Shown here piece by piece: positions 1-8,745 of a DNA stretch of 34,095 nucleotides. Positions within the stretch are counted from its first letter, which is position 1, and the number at the start of each line of letters is the position of its first letter. The position numbers and the translations under genes were made by a program. The stretch lies in NCBI GenBank assembly GCA_046331705.1, contig JAXLQJ010000071.1, positions 1 through 34,095 on the forward strand. The letters run 5' to 3'. The notes under the pieces were generated by a model that did not search any database, had not been told where the DNA came from, and saw only the letters and a list, made by a program, of their open reading frames with translations. This DNA is from a bacterium (GTDB taxonomy: Bacteria > JADJOY01).

Positions 1-125
1 TGGTGCGCGAGCCCAACCTGCGGGCACGGATGGCAGCGGCGGCCCGCGAGCGCATGCGGACCGATCTCGCGCGGGGCGGCCTCCTGGAACGCGTCCTCGA
101 CGTCTATCGCCACGCGCGCGCCTGA
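1..125 (+). CDS. 3' end of a probable GT4-type glycosyltransferase (partial)
   Basis: Frame from base 3 reads VREPNLRARMAAAARERMRTDLARGGLLERVLDVYRHARA* (TGA 123-125), like the C-terminal helices of GT-B/GT4 enzymes; sits before a glycosyltransferase cluster. Confidence 0.6.
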   Translation, partial: VREPNLRARMAAAARERMRTDLARGGLLERVLDVYRHARA

Positions 126-211
126 CGGCAGCGTGGGAGCGCGGCACGCGTGGGCCATGGACCGCCCGGCGGAAACCGATTAGAAACCCGCCGCACGACC
201 GAGTCACGAGC

Positions 212-1084
212 ATGCCGAGCACGATCGATCTGCACCTGCACACCACGCTTTCCGACGGCACGTTGCCGCCGGAAGCGGTGGTCGCGTTGGCGGCCGAGGA
301 AGGCCTGAGCGCCATCAGCCTGACCGATCACGACACCATCCGCTCCCTCGACGCCGGTCGCCGCGCCGCGGATCGCCTCGGCATCGAGTACCTGGCGGGC
401 ACCGAGATCAGCCTGGTCGTGCGGGATTGCTCGGTGCACCTGCTCGTCTATCTCTTCGACGAGTCGAGCCCCATGACGCAGGCCCTCGAGCGTCTGGAGC
501 GAAGTCGCGCCAACCGGTTGCCGCGGCTTCTGGCGCGGCTCGAGAGCCTCGACCTGCCGCTCACCGAGGCGGAGGCCCGGGCGGAGGCGGGCGGCGAGCT
601 GGTGGGGCGTCTGCACATCGCCCACGCGATGTTGCGGAAAGGCTACGTGCGCTCGATCGGCGAGGCATTCGAGCGCTGGCTGAGCCGGGGCCGGCCCGCG
701 CACGTCGAGCGCGATCGCCTGGCGGCGCACGAGGCGATCGAGCTGGCCCACGCCTCGGGCGGGGTGGCGTCGGTGGCGCACCCCGGGCTGATCGGTGCGG
801 ATCTCGAGCAATCGATCGCGGTCGTCGAGGATCTGCTCGCCCTGGGGCTCGATGGCATCGAGGTGTGGCATCCGTCGCACGCGCCCGAGGTCGAGCGACG
901 CCTTCTCGATCTGGCGCGCGCGACCGATCGAGTGGCGACGGGTGGCTCGGATTTCCACGGCGACAAGAAGCCGGGCCTGCGCGTCGGGCGAGGGCGCGGG
1001 GGGATGGCCGTCGCCCACGAGGTGGTCTCCGCGCTGCGGGCACGTCGTGTCGGCCTGGCGCGGGCCGCGGGAGGCGCGTCGTGA
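212..1084 (+). CDS. PHP-domain metallophosphoesterase (TrpH/YciV-like)
   Basis: Motifs DLHLHTTLSDG, TDHDT, GTEIS, AHPG, GIEVWHPSH, GGSDFHG. Confidence 0.9.
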   Translation: MPSTIDLHLHTTLSDGTLPPEAVVALAAEEGLSAISLTDHDTIRSLDAGRRAADRLGIEYLAGTEISLVVRDCSVHLLVYLFDESSPMTQALERLERSRANRLPRLLARLESLDLPLTEAEARAEAGGELVGRLHIAHAMLRKGYVRSIGEAFERWLSRGRPAHVERDRLAAHEAIELAHASGGVASVAHPGLIGADLEQSIAVVEDLLALGLDGIEVWHPSHAPEVERRLLDLARATDRVATGGSDFHGDKKPGLRVGRGRGGMAVAHEVVSALRARRVGLARAAGGAS

Positions 1085-1971
1085 CCGAAGTCGCCGGGGG
1101 GTGGGTGCAACCGCTGGTCGCGTCGATGCGCCCACACCAATGGGTGAAGAACGGGCTCTTGTTCGCCGCCATCGTCTTCGCGCAGAAGCTCGGCGATCCG
1201 CGCCGGGTGCTCACGGTGTGCGTCGCCTTCGCGCTGTGGTGCCTGATGGCGAGCGCCGTCTACCTGTGGAACGACCTCTTCGACCTCGAGGAGGACCGTC
1301 ATCACCCCGAGAAGGCGAGCCGCCCCATCGCGAGCGGTGCCTTGCCCGTGGCGCTGGCGCGCAAGGCTTGCGCGGTGCTGACCGCGGCGGCGCTGGTGGG
1401 TGCCTTCGCGCTCGACGGGCGGTTCGGCGTGGTGATGCTCGTGTATGCGTTCATGAACGTCGCGTACACGATCCGGCTCAAGCACGTGGTGATCCTCGAC
1501 GTCATGACGCTCGCCGCCGGCTTCGTGCTGCGGGCGGTGGGTGGTGGCGTGGTGATCCACGTCGAGGTGTCGCCGTGGTTGGTGATCTGCACGATCCTCT
1601 TGGCGCTCTTCCTGGGCTTCGGCAAGCGTCGCCACGAGCTGGTGCTGCTCGAGGGACGGGCCGCCGAGCACCGCAAGATCCTCGACGAGTACAGCCCTTA
1701 TTTCCTCGACCAGATGATCTCGGTGGTCACCGCATCCACGGTGGTCGCGTATTGCCTCTACACGCTTTCCCCCGAGGTCGCGAGCAAGTTGCACGTGCGG
1801 CACCTCTATCTCACGGTGCCGTTCGTGCTGTACGGGATCTTCCGCTATCTCTACCTGGTGCACCAGAAAGGGCAGGGGGGAAACCCGTCGAAGGTGTTGT
1901 TGACGGACCCCCCCCTCATCACTACGATTGCGCTCTGGTTGCTGACCGCGACGATCATTCTCTACCGCTGA
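1081..1971 (+). CDS. UbiA-family decaprenyl/polyprenyl-phosphate phosphoribosyltransferase
   Basis: GTG start overlaps the PHP stop (GTGA); motifs MRPHQWVKN, YLWNDLFDLEEDRHHPEKASRPIASG, LFLGFGKRRHEL, PFVLYGIFRYLYLV; multiple hydrophobic segments. Confidence 0.88.
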   Translation: MTEVAGGWVQPLVASMRPHQWVKNGLLFAAIVFAQKLGDPRRVLTVCVAFALWCLMASAVYLWNDLFDLEEDRHHPEKASRPIASGALPVALARKACAVLTAAALVGAFALDGRFGVVMLVYAFMNVAYTIRLKHVVILDVMTLAAGFVLRAVGGGVVIHVEVSPWLVICTILLALFLGFGKRRHELVLLEGRAAEHRKILDEYSPYFLDQMISVVTASTVVAYCLYTLSPEVASKLHVRHLYLTVPFVLYGIFRYLYLVHQKGQGGNPSKVLLTDPPLITTIALWLLTATIILYR

Positions 1972-2053
1972 TCGTCGCCACGAATTCACGTCTCTTCCGA
2001 GCGAGCGAAGCCGGGATCCTGTCGTCGCGTCCTGCAGTGCTTCGCCACACCTC

Positions 2054-2671
2054 ATGAGCGAGCGTCCCGAGCGAAGCGCGACGTCGGCCGCGCCGGTTCC
2101 CGCCACCCGCGCCGTCGGCAAGGACGGCCGCGAGCACCCGAAGCGCGCCGCCGACACCTCGCCGGTGGACGTGGATCAATTGCTCTCCTCCGTGCGTGCT
2201 CGGCTCGAGAGCGGCCGGGACCCCGGCGCGCCATCGGAACCCGCGGCGCCCGCCACCGTCCGTGAGGCGCGAGCCGGCGACGCGCCGCTGCCCGCGGAGG
2301 CGCTGGCGCGGAGCTTCGAGCTCTTGAAGCGCGCGGGCCCACTCGACCCCAAGCTACCCATCCAATCGCATCGCGCGCTCGTCGGGCCGCTCATCGTGGG
2401 CGTGAAGGCGTTGCTGCGACGGCTGCTGTCGCCCGCGTTCTCGGCGCTCTTCGAGCACCAGGCGCGCTTCGACCAAGCCTCGATCGACTACGGCGACGAG
2501 GTCTATCGACGCATCGTCGGCATGGAAGCGGACCTGCGCACGCGACTCGAGCGCGTCGAGGCTCGCCACGCGCTCGAGCTCGAGACGATCGAACGCCGGC
2601 TCGGGCGGCTCGAAAGCCTCGTGAGCGCCCCTGCCGACGCGCCGCCGCCGAGGTCTCGGGACGGCGGATGA
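2054..2671 (+). CDS. Hypothetical glycan-cluster protein with amphipathic helix and C-terminal coiled coil
   Basis: Motif SHRALVGPLIVGVKALLRRLL...QARFD followed by heptad-like LRTRLERVEARHALELETIERRLGRLESL; stop overlaps next ATG (ATGA). Confidence 0.7.
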   Translation: MSERPERSATSAAPVPATRAVGKDGREHPKRAADTSPVDVDQLLSSVRARLESGRDPGAPSEPAAPATVREARAGDAPLPAEALARSFELLKRAGPLDPKLPIQSHRALVGPLIVGVKALLRRLLSPAFSALFEHQARFDQASIDYGDEVYRRIVGMEADLRTRLERVEARHALELETIERRLGRLESLVSAPADAPPPRSRDGG

Positions 2672-4959
2672 CCACGCCCGTTCCGATCCACCAATTCCTT
2701 CCCACGCTCAACCCGGGCGACGCCATCGGGAACGTGACGCGCGCGATGCGCGACGCGATGCGCGCGCTCGGGCACCCCTCGGAGATCTTCGCCGAGAACG
2801 TGGACCCCTCGCTCACCGGCGAGGCCCATCGCTATCAGGACTATCCGCACTTCGAGGATCCGCGAAACGTGATCCTCTACCACTACAGCGTGGCGTCGGT
2901 GCTGAGCGAGTTCCTACGGCTCACCTGGGAGCGCAAGGTCCTCATCTACCACAACGTGACGCCGCCGCATTTCTACGACGGGCTCGAGCCGCACATTCGC
3001 GCGGTGCTTTCCCGCAGCGAGGACGAGCTCAAGAGCCTCGTCCCCGTGACCGACCTGGCGGTCGGCGACTCGGGCTTCAACTGCGCCGAGCTCGAGCGCT
3101 TCGGCTTCCGCGACCCGCAGGTGCTGCCGATTCTCCTCGACCTGCACAAGCTCGAGCGCGAGATGGACGGCGACACGCTCATCGACGAGTCGGGCGCCGA
3201 GCACCGCATCCTGTTCGTGGGCAAGCTCGGACCGAACAAGCGGTTCGAGGACCTCATGGTGTGCTTCGAGCACTACCGGCGCACCCGCGACCCCAAGGCC
3301 AAGCTGGTGTTGATCGGTGGCTCGTTCAGCCCGCTCTACGAGGAGCGGCTGCGCGCGCTCAAGCACAAGCTCGGCCCCGACTCGATCGTGCTCAAGGGCG
3401 CCGTCTCCCAAGGAGTGCTGAACGCCTATTACCGCAAGGCCGCGCTCTTTCTCTGTCTCAGCGATCACGAGGGCTACTGCGTGCCGCTGGTCGAGTGCAT
3501 GTACCTCGGCCTGCCGGTGGTGGCGTATCGCCACCCCGGCGTCGAGTGGACGCTCGGTGGCAGCGGCGTGCTCCTCGACCGCAAGGATCCCGAGACCGTG
3601 GCGGCCGCGATGGAGCACGTGCTCACCGATGCCGCGTTTCGCAAGCAGGTGGTGGACGGCCAGAAGAAGCGCCTCGAGGAGCTCTCGCCCACGCGGGTCA
3701 AGGCGCGGCTCGCCGAGATCCTGGATCGCGTGCTGGCGCTGCCCGTGCGCAAGCCCAGGATCGCGTTCGTGGTCCAGCGCTACGGTGCCGAGGTGAGCGG
3801 CGGTAGCGAGGCGCATTGCCGGCTGGTCGCCGAGCATCTGCGCGACAAGGCCGAGGTCGAGGTGCTCACCACCACCGCGCTCGACTACGAGACCTGGCGC
3901 GATCACTTTCCCGCGGGTCCCGCGGAGGTGAACGGCGTGCGCGTGGAGCGCTTCCCGGTGCTGGCGACCCGAGAGTTGGCAAGCTTCTCGGTGCAGAGCG
4001 AGCGGTTCTTCGCGGAGCCGGTGCGAACCATCGCGGACGAGGCGCGCTGGATCGTGGAGCAGGGCCCGTTCGCCCCGGCGCTGGTGGATGCCGTCAGCGA
4101 GCGCTTCGATCGCGTCGACGCCTTCGTCTTCTTCACGTACCTCTACTACCCGACGGTCCTGGGGCTCTTGCGCGCCGGGCACAAGGGCTTGCTCGTCCCC
4201 ACCGCCCACGACGAGGTGCCGTTTCACTTCCGCGCCGTCCAGACCGCGCTCAAGCGCGCGGCGGGGATGATCTTCAACACCGAGGAAGAGCGCGCGCTGA
4301 TCGAAGGCACACAGGGCGGCGCACGCGGGATCGGGATCATCACGGGTGTCGGGATCGAGGAGCCCGAGGGCTACTCGGCGGCGCGGTTTCGCGAGCGCAC
4401 CGGCATCGAGCGGCCGTTTCTGCTCTACGTGGGGCGGATCAGCGCCGCGAAGGGATGTCTGCAGATCCTCGACTTCTACTCGGTCATGCGCGCGAGCTGG
4501 CCCGAGGCACCGGAGCTGGTGTTCATCGGCAAGGGCGACATCGATCTCGAGGGTCGTCCCGGAGTGCACGCCTTGGGCTTCGTCCAGGAGGAGCGCGAGA
4601 AGTTCGATGCCCTCGCCGCGGCGATTGCGCTGGTGAATCCGTCGCCGATGGAAAGCCTGTCGATGGTGCTCCTGGAAGCGTGGTTGGCGGGCACGCCCAC
4701 GCTCGCCAACGCCGCGTGTCCAGCCCTCGTCGGCCAGAGTCGCCGCTCGAAGGCGGGGCTCTGGTACGGCTCGTACGAGGAGTTCGAGGCATTGGTGCGC
4801 TTGCTGGCCGGCGACGCGGAGCTGCGCGCGCGCCTCGGCCGCGCGGGTCGCGAGTTCGTTCGCGGCCACTACCACTGGGACCTGATCGTCCACAAATACC
4901 TGGTGGCGCTGCGCTACCTCGCGCTCGACGCGCGGGCGCCCGCGGCGGAGGCGGCGTGA
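2668..4959 (+). CDS. Two-domain (tandem) GT4 glycosyltransferase
   Basis: Two GT-B units, each with a E-x7-E motif (HEGYCVPLVE; MESLSMVLLE) and ILFVGK / LLYVGRI strands. Confidence 0.9.
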   Translation: MTTPVPIHQFLPTLNPGDAIGNVTRAMRDAMRALGHPSEIFAENVDPSLTGEAHRYQDYPHFEDPRNVILYHYSVASVLSEFLRLTWERKVLIYHNVTPPHFYDGLEPHIRAVLSRSEDELKSLVPVTDLAVGDSGFNCAELERFGFRDPQVLPILLDLHKLEREMDGDTLIDESGAEHRILFVGKLGPNKRFEDLMVCFEHYRRTRDPKAKLVLIGGSFSPLYEERLRALKHKLGPDSIVLKGAVSQGVLNAYYRKAALFLCLSDHEGYCVPLVECMYLGLPVVAYRHPGVEWTLGGSGVLLDRKDPETVAAAMEHVLTDAAFRKQVVDGQKKRLEELSPTRVKARLAEILDRVLALPVRKPRIAFVVQRYGAEVSGGSEAHCRLVAEHLRDKAEVEVLTTTALDYETWRDHFPAGPAEVNGVRVERFPVLATRELASFSVQSERFFAEPVRTIADEARWIVEQGPFAPALVDAVSERFDRVDAFVFFTYLYYPTVLGLLRAGHKGLLVPTAHDEVPFHFRAVQTALKRAAGMIFNTEEERALIEGTQGGARGIGIITGVGIEEPEGYSAARFRERTGIERPFLLYVGRISAAKGCLQILDFYSVMRASWPEAPELVFIGKGDIDLEGRPGVHALGFVQEEREKFDALAAAIALVNPSPMESLSMVLLEAWLAGTPTLANAACPALVGQSRRSKAGLWYGSYEEFEALVRLLAGDAELRARLGRAGREFVRGHYHWDLIVHKYLVALRYLALDARAPAAEAA

Positions 4960-5780
4960 TGAGCGAAGCGGAACCGGTCCAGCTCACGTCCCTCGACGAA
5001 TCCTTCGACGAGGCCATGAAGGCGCTGCTCGGTGGGCTCGACGTGCGCGCCGTCACCACGGCCAAGGTGGGCGAGCCGCCCGCCGCCGCGAAGCTCGACC
5101 GAGTCTTCGCGTATCTGCGCTCCACGTTCGGCCTCACGGCGCTCGGCGGCGAGGTGCCGAGCGCGCCGGCGCACACGAGCGGCGTCGGCGGATGGATTCG
5201 CCGCCTGGCCCGGCGGCTGTTCGTGTCCCGCACCTACCACGCGACGCTGGTGACGGCGCTCGGCGAGCTCGCGGCGCGACAGAGTGCAAGCGAGCAGCGC
5301 CTCGAGGCGCTCGCGGCGGCTCAGAGCCTCGCGAACGAGCGCTCGGCGCGCGTCCTCTTCCGGCTCTGGGGCGACTACAACCACCTGGTGCGGGTGGTGC
5401 TGAATCACCACGTCAACGAGGTGTTCCAGGCGTTCCAACGGCATTTCCAGGCCTTCGAGGGACACCACACCGCGTTCGAGAAGCACTTCGCGGCGTTCGA
5501 GAAGCACTTTCACGCCTTCGAGGGACATCACGGCGCGTTCGAGAAGAACTTTCAGGCGTTCCAGGATCACTTTGCCCAGCAGGCGGCCACCGTCGCCGAG
5601 CTGACCGAGGCGCTGCGCAAGCTCGAGCACGCGGTTCACCGGATCGAAGGCCCCCACGACGAGCTGGTGCGCTCGGTGAGCGAGCTGCTCGCGGCGCGCG
5701 TGCGGGAAGAGGCGCTGGCGCGGCGCCTCGAGGCGCTGGAGGACGCGCGACGCGGCGGGGAGTCGCCGACGCCGTCGTGA
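4959..5780 (+). CDS. Hypothetical coiled-coil protein with Phe/His heptad repeat
   Basis: ATG at 4959 overlaps upstream TGA; MSEAEPVQL...; contains seven AFxxH-type heptads; stop overlaps next GTG. Confidence 0.75.
   Translation: MSEAEPVQLTSLDESFDEAMKALLGGLDVRAVTTAKVGEPPAAAKLDRVFAYLRSTFGLTALGGEVPSAPAHTSGVGGWIRRLARRLFVSRTYHATLVTALGELAARQSASEQRLEALAAAQSLANERSARVLFRLWGDYNHLVRVVLNHHVNEVFQAFQRHFQAFEGHHTAFEKHFAAFEKHFHAFEGHHGAFEKNFQAFQDHFAQQAATVAELTEALRKLEHAVHRIEGPHDELVRSVSELLAARVREEALARRLEALEDARRGGESPTPS
5430..5576 (+). repeat. Seven imperfect 21-nt tandem repeats (coding heptads)
   Basis: Units translate AFQRHFQ, AFEGHHT, AFEKHFA, AFEKHFH, AFEGHHG, AFEKNFQ, AFQDHFA. Confidence 0.9.
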
Positions 5781-6985
5781 GGATCGGCGCGATCGTCCAG
5801 CGCTACGGCACCCGGGTTGCCGGCGGCGCGGAACGGCTCGCCCGCGAGGTCTGCACGCGGCTCGCGGCTCGCGATCCGGTCACCGTCTTCACGACCACCG
5901 CCCTCGATTACCTGACCTGGCGAAACGCCTTCGCGCCTGGCGTCGAGACCCTCGACGGCGTGGAGGTGCGGCGTTTCCCGGTGGCGCACGAGCGCGACGC
6001 TGCCGAGTTCCGGGCACGCAGCGCTGCACTCTTCGCCGGTCCCGCGACCCTCGACGACGAGCTCGCCTGGATTCGCTCGCAGGGACCCGACTCGCCCGCG
6101 CTCTACGCGGCGGTGGCGCGCTCGCGTGACGACTTCGACGCCTGGCTGGTGTTCACGTACCTCTACTCGCCGACGGTCTTCGGCCTGGCCGAGCTCGGGA
6201 CGCGCGCGGTGTTGGTGCCGCTCGCCCACAACGAGGCGCCGCTCTACCTGCGAATCTTCAAGAACGCGTTTCGCCTGCCAGGCCAGCTCCTCTTCCAAAC
6301 TCCCGAGGAGCGCGACCTGGTGGAACGCGTGGTGCCGCGCTCGCGAGTCGCTGGCGAGGTGGTGGGCTACGGCGTCGACGCGCGCGCAGGCGACGGCGAT
6401 TGGCCCTGGCCGCGCTCGGTTCCCGAGGGTCAGCGCTACGCGCTCTACCTGGGTCGGCTCGATCCCTCGAAGGGAGTCGGCGTGCTGGTCGAGCAGTTCC
6501 GCGCGTTTCGCGAGCGGCGCGGACCGGCCCTCGCGTTGGTGCTGGCGGGCGAGGTCGCCATGGAGCTGGCGGAGGTCGAAGGCGTGGTTCGACCGGGCTT
6601 CGTATCGGAGGAGGAGCGGGAGCGCTTGCTCGCCCACGCGGAGGTGATCGTGCAGCCGTCGCGCTTCGAGAGCTTGTCGATCGTCGCGCTGGAAGCGTGG
6701 TCGCACGGGCGGCCGGTGCTCGCGTCGAGCGGCTCGGACGTGCTGGTGGGGCAGATCGAACGCAGCGGCGGCGGCTTCGTCTACGCGGACGGCGACGAGC
6801 TCGCGGCGCTTCTCGATCGGCTCCTTGCCGCCGACGCGGCGTTCGCGCGCGCCGGCGGCGCCGGCCAGCATTACGTGCGGGCCACGTGCTCCTGGGACGT
6901 CGTGATCGATCGCTATCGGGCCGCCCTCGAGCACGTCGCGGCGCGTTCGGCGCGCAGCGGGCGGGAAGGCGGGCGAGAAAATTGA
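5777..6985 (+). CDS. GT4 glycosyltransferase
   Basis: GTG at 5777; MRIGAIVQRYG..GGAE, LYLGRLDPSKG, FESLSIVALE; clearly paralogous to the C-terminal half of 2668-4959. Confidence 0.9.
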   Translation: MRIGAIVQRYGTRVAGGAERLAREVCTRLAARDPVTVFTTTALDYLTWRNAFAPGVETLDGVEVRRFPVAHERDAAEFRARSAALFAGPATLDDELAWIRSQGPDSPALYAAVARSRDDFDAWLVFTYLYSPTVFGLAELGTRAVLVPLAHNEAPLYLRIFKNAFRLPGQLLFQTPEERDLVERVVPRSRVAGEVVGYGVDARAGDGDWPWPRSVPEGQRYALYLGRLDPSKGVGVLVEQFRAFRERRGPALALVLAGEVAMELAEVEGVVRPGFVSEEERERLLAHAEVIVQPSRFESLSIVALEAWSHGRPVLASSGSDVLVGQIERSGGGFVYADGDELAALLDRLLAADAAFARAGGAGQHYVRATCSWDVVIDRYRAALEHVAARSARSGREGGREN

Positions 6986-7010
6986 CGACCACCGGGACGG
7001 ATGGTAGATA
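6982..7010 (+). promoter_or_regulatory. Sigma70-type promoter upstream of the pyr operon
   Basis: TTGACG (6982-6987), 17-nt spacer, TAGATA (7005-7010) preceded by TGn. Confidence 0.6.
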
Positions 7011-7070
7011 GCGCGCGGCATCACACCGGAGGCGCCCGGTGCTCGGGTTCGCCGCGCGGGTTTCGGCCCG

Positions 7071-7105
7071 ACCTCGCTTCCCTTCGGGGAAGGAGGTTTT
7101 TTTTT
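7071..7105 (+). terminator. Intrinsic terminator / candidate attenuator in the pyrR leader
   Basis: ACCTC-G-CTTCCC [TTCG] GGGAAG-GAGGT hairpin running into a 9-T tract (7097-7105). Confidence 0.85.
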
Positions 7106-7133
7106 AACCTGAGTGCCGTCTGAGCAGGGACGG

Positions 7134-7739
7134 ATGACCGAGACCAACCCCAAGCGGCGGCGCATGCCGACGGGCTACCGAATCGCCCGCACGCTCGTGG
7201 ATTCGCGTGGGATCGAGGCAGCCCTCGATGCGCTCGCGAGCCAGATCCGCGGACGAAACCCGGAGCCGGGGCGGTTGGCGCTGATCGGCGTGCGGCGCGG
7301 CGGCGTCCACCTCGCGCAGCGGCTGGCGAGACGCCTGAGCACGCCCGGGCACGAGGTCCCCATCGGCGTCGTCGACATCACGCTCTACCGCGACGACCTG
7401 GATCGCGTGGGCGCGAACCCGATCGTCGGCCCGACCGAGATCCCGTTCGAGATCGAAGGCATCACGGTGGTGCTGGTCGACGACGTGCTCTACACCGGCC
7501 GCACCATCCGCGCCGCGCTCGACGCGCTGCTGGATTACGGTCGTCCGCGCTGCGTGCAGCTCGCGGTGCTGGTCGACCGCGGCCATCGCGAGCTTCCGAT
7601 CCAGGCGGACTACGTGGGACAGCGCATCGAGACCCGCCCGGACGAGCAGGTCGAGGTGCTGCTCGTGGAGGAGGGCGGCGACGACAGCGCCGTGCTGCTC
7701 GAGCGGCAGCCGGGTGCGGGGGGCGCGGGCCATGCGTGA
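7134..7739 (+). CDS. pyrR: PyrR-family uracil phosphoribosyltransferase / pyr regulator
   Basis: DITLYRDDL, VLVDDVLYTGRTIRAALDAL, LAVLVDRGHRELPI; start could alternatively be ATG 7164. Confidence 0.93.
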   Translation: MTETNPKRRRMPTGYRIARTLVDSRGIEAALDALASQIRGRNPEPGRLALIGVRRGGVHLAQRLARRLSTPGHEVPIGVVDITLYRDDLDRVGANPIVGPTEIPFEIEGITVVLVDDVLYTGRTIRAALDALLDYGRPRCVQLAVLVDRGHRELPIQADYVGQRIETRPDEQVEVLLVEEGGDDSAVLLERQPGAGGAGHA

Positions 7740-8745
7740 GCGAGGGATCGTCGGGAGGGCGCCGGCTTCCCAGGTTCCGCTCGATTTCGGCAGCGGCGAG
7801 GCCCACCCTCCGCTGCTCGGGCGCCACATGCTCGGGCTGGAAGGCCTGAGCCGCGAGCAGATCCTCGGCGTGCTCGACGTCGCGCGGAGCATGAAGGAGG
7901 TCTCGGAGCGGCCGGTCAAGAAGGTTCCCACCCTGCGGGGCAAGACCATCGTCTGCCTCTTCCAGGAGCCGTCCACCCGAACTCGCGCGAGCTTCGAGAT
8001 CGCGGCCAAGCGCCTCTCGGCCGACACCATCAACGTCGGCGGCTCGAGCTCGAGCTCGACCAAGGGCGAGACGCTGCTGGACACCGCGCTCAACCTGGAG
8101 GCGATGCGCCCGGACGCGATCGTCGTGCGTCACTCGGAGTCGGGGGCGTGCCATTTCCTGGCGCGTCGGGTCGAGTGCGCGGTGGTGAACGCGGGAGACG
8201 GTGCCCACGAGCATCCCAGTCAGGCGCTGCTCGATCTCTTCACGATGCAGGAGCGGCTGGGCTCGCTCGAGGGGCTCAAGGTCGCGATCGTGGGTGATCT
8301 GCTCCACAGCCGCGTGGTGCGCTCGAACCTGATCGGTCTCAAGGCGGTGGGCGCCGAGGCCCACGTGTGCGGCCCCGGCACGCTGATCTCGTCGCACTTC
8401 GAGGGCTACGGAGCGCGCGTGCATCGGCGCATCGAGCCCGCCATCGAGGGCGCCGACGTGATCATGATGCTGCGCATCCAACGCGAGCGTCAGGGCGCGA
8501 GCACGATCCCCTCGTTGCGCGAGTACGCTCGCTTCTACGGGCTCTCGCGGCAGCGGGTGGCGCTGGCCAAGCCGGACGTGCTCATCATGCACCCCGGTCC
8601 CATGAACCGCGGCGTGGAGATCTCCCCGGAGGTCGCCGACGGCCCGTATTCGGTGATCCTCGACCAGGTCACGAACGGAGTCGCGGTGCGAATGGCGCTG
8701 CTCTATCTCTTGGTCGCGCGAGGATCCGATGCGCCTCGTGGTTGA
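7732..8745 (+). CDS. pyrB: Aspartate carbamoyltransferase catalytic subunit
   Basis: FQEPSTRTRASFE, NAGDGAHEHPSQALLD, GDLLHSRVVRSN, MHPGPMNRG. Confidence 0.96.
   Translation: MRERGIVGRAPASQVPLDFGSGEAHPPLLGRHMLGLEGLSREQILGVLDVARSMKEVSERPVKKVPTLRGKTIVCLFQEPSTRTRASFEIAAKRLSADTINVGGSSSSSTKGETLLDTALNLEAMRPDAIVVRHSESGACHFLARRVECAVVNAGDGAHEHPSQALLDLFTMQERLGSLEGLKVAIVGDLLHSRVVRSNLIGLKAVGAEAHVCGPGTLISSHFEGYGARVHRRIEPAIEGADVIMMLRIQRERQGASTIPSLREYARFYGLSRQRVALAKPDVLIMHPGPMNRGVEISPEVADGPYSVILDQVTNGVAVRMALLYLLVARGSDAPRG

Noticed and set aside
5430-5576. Possible CRISPR array or non-coding repeat
   Set aside because: Units are contiguous, degenerate at synonymous positions, in frame in a CDS, with no spacers or cas genes
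8043-8059. CTCGAG tandem microsatellite in pyrB
   Set aside because: It only encodes the ordinary Ser run before TKGETL in ATCase
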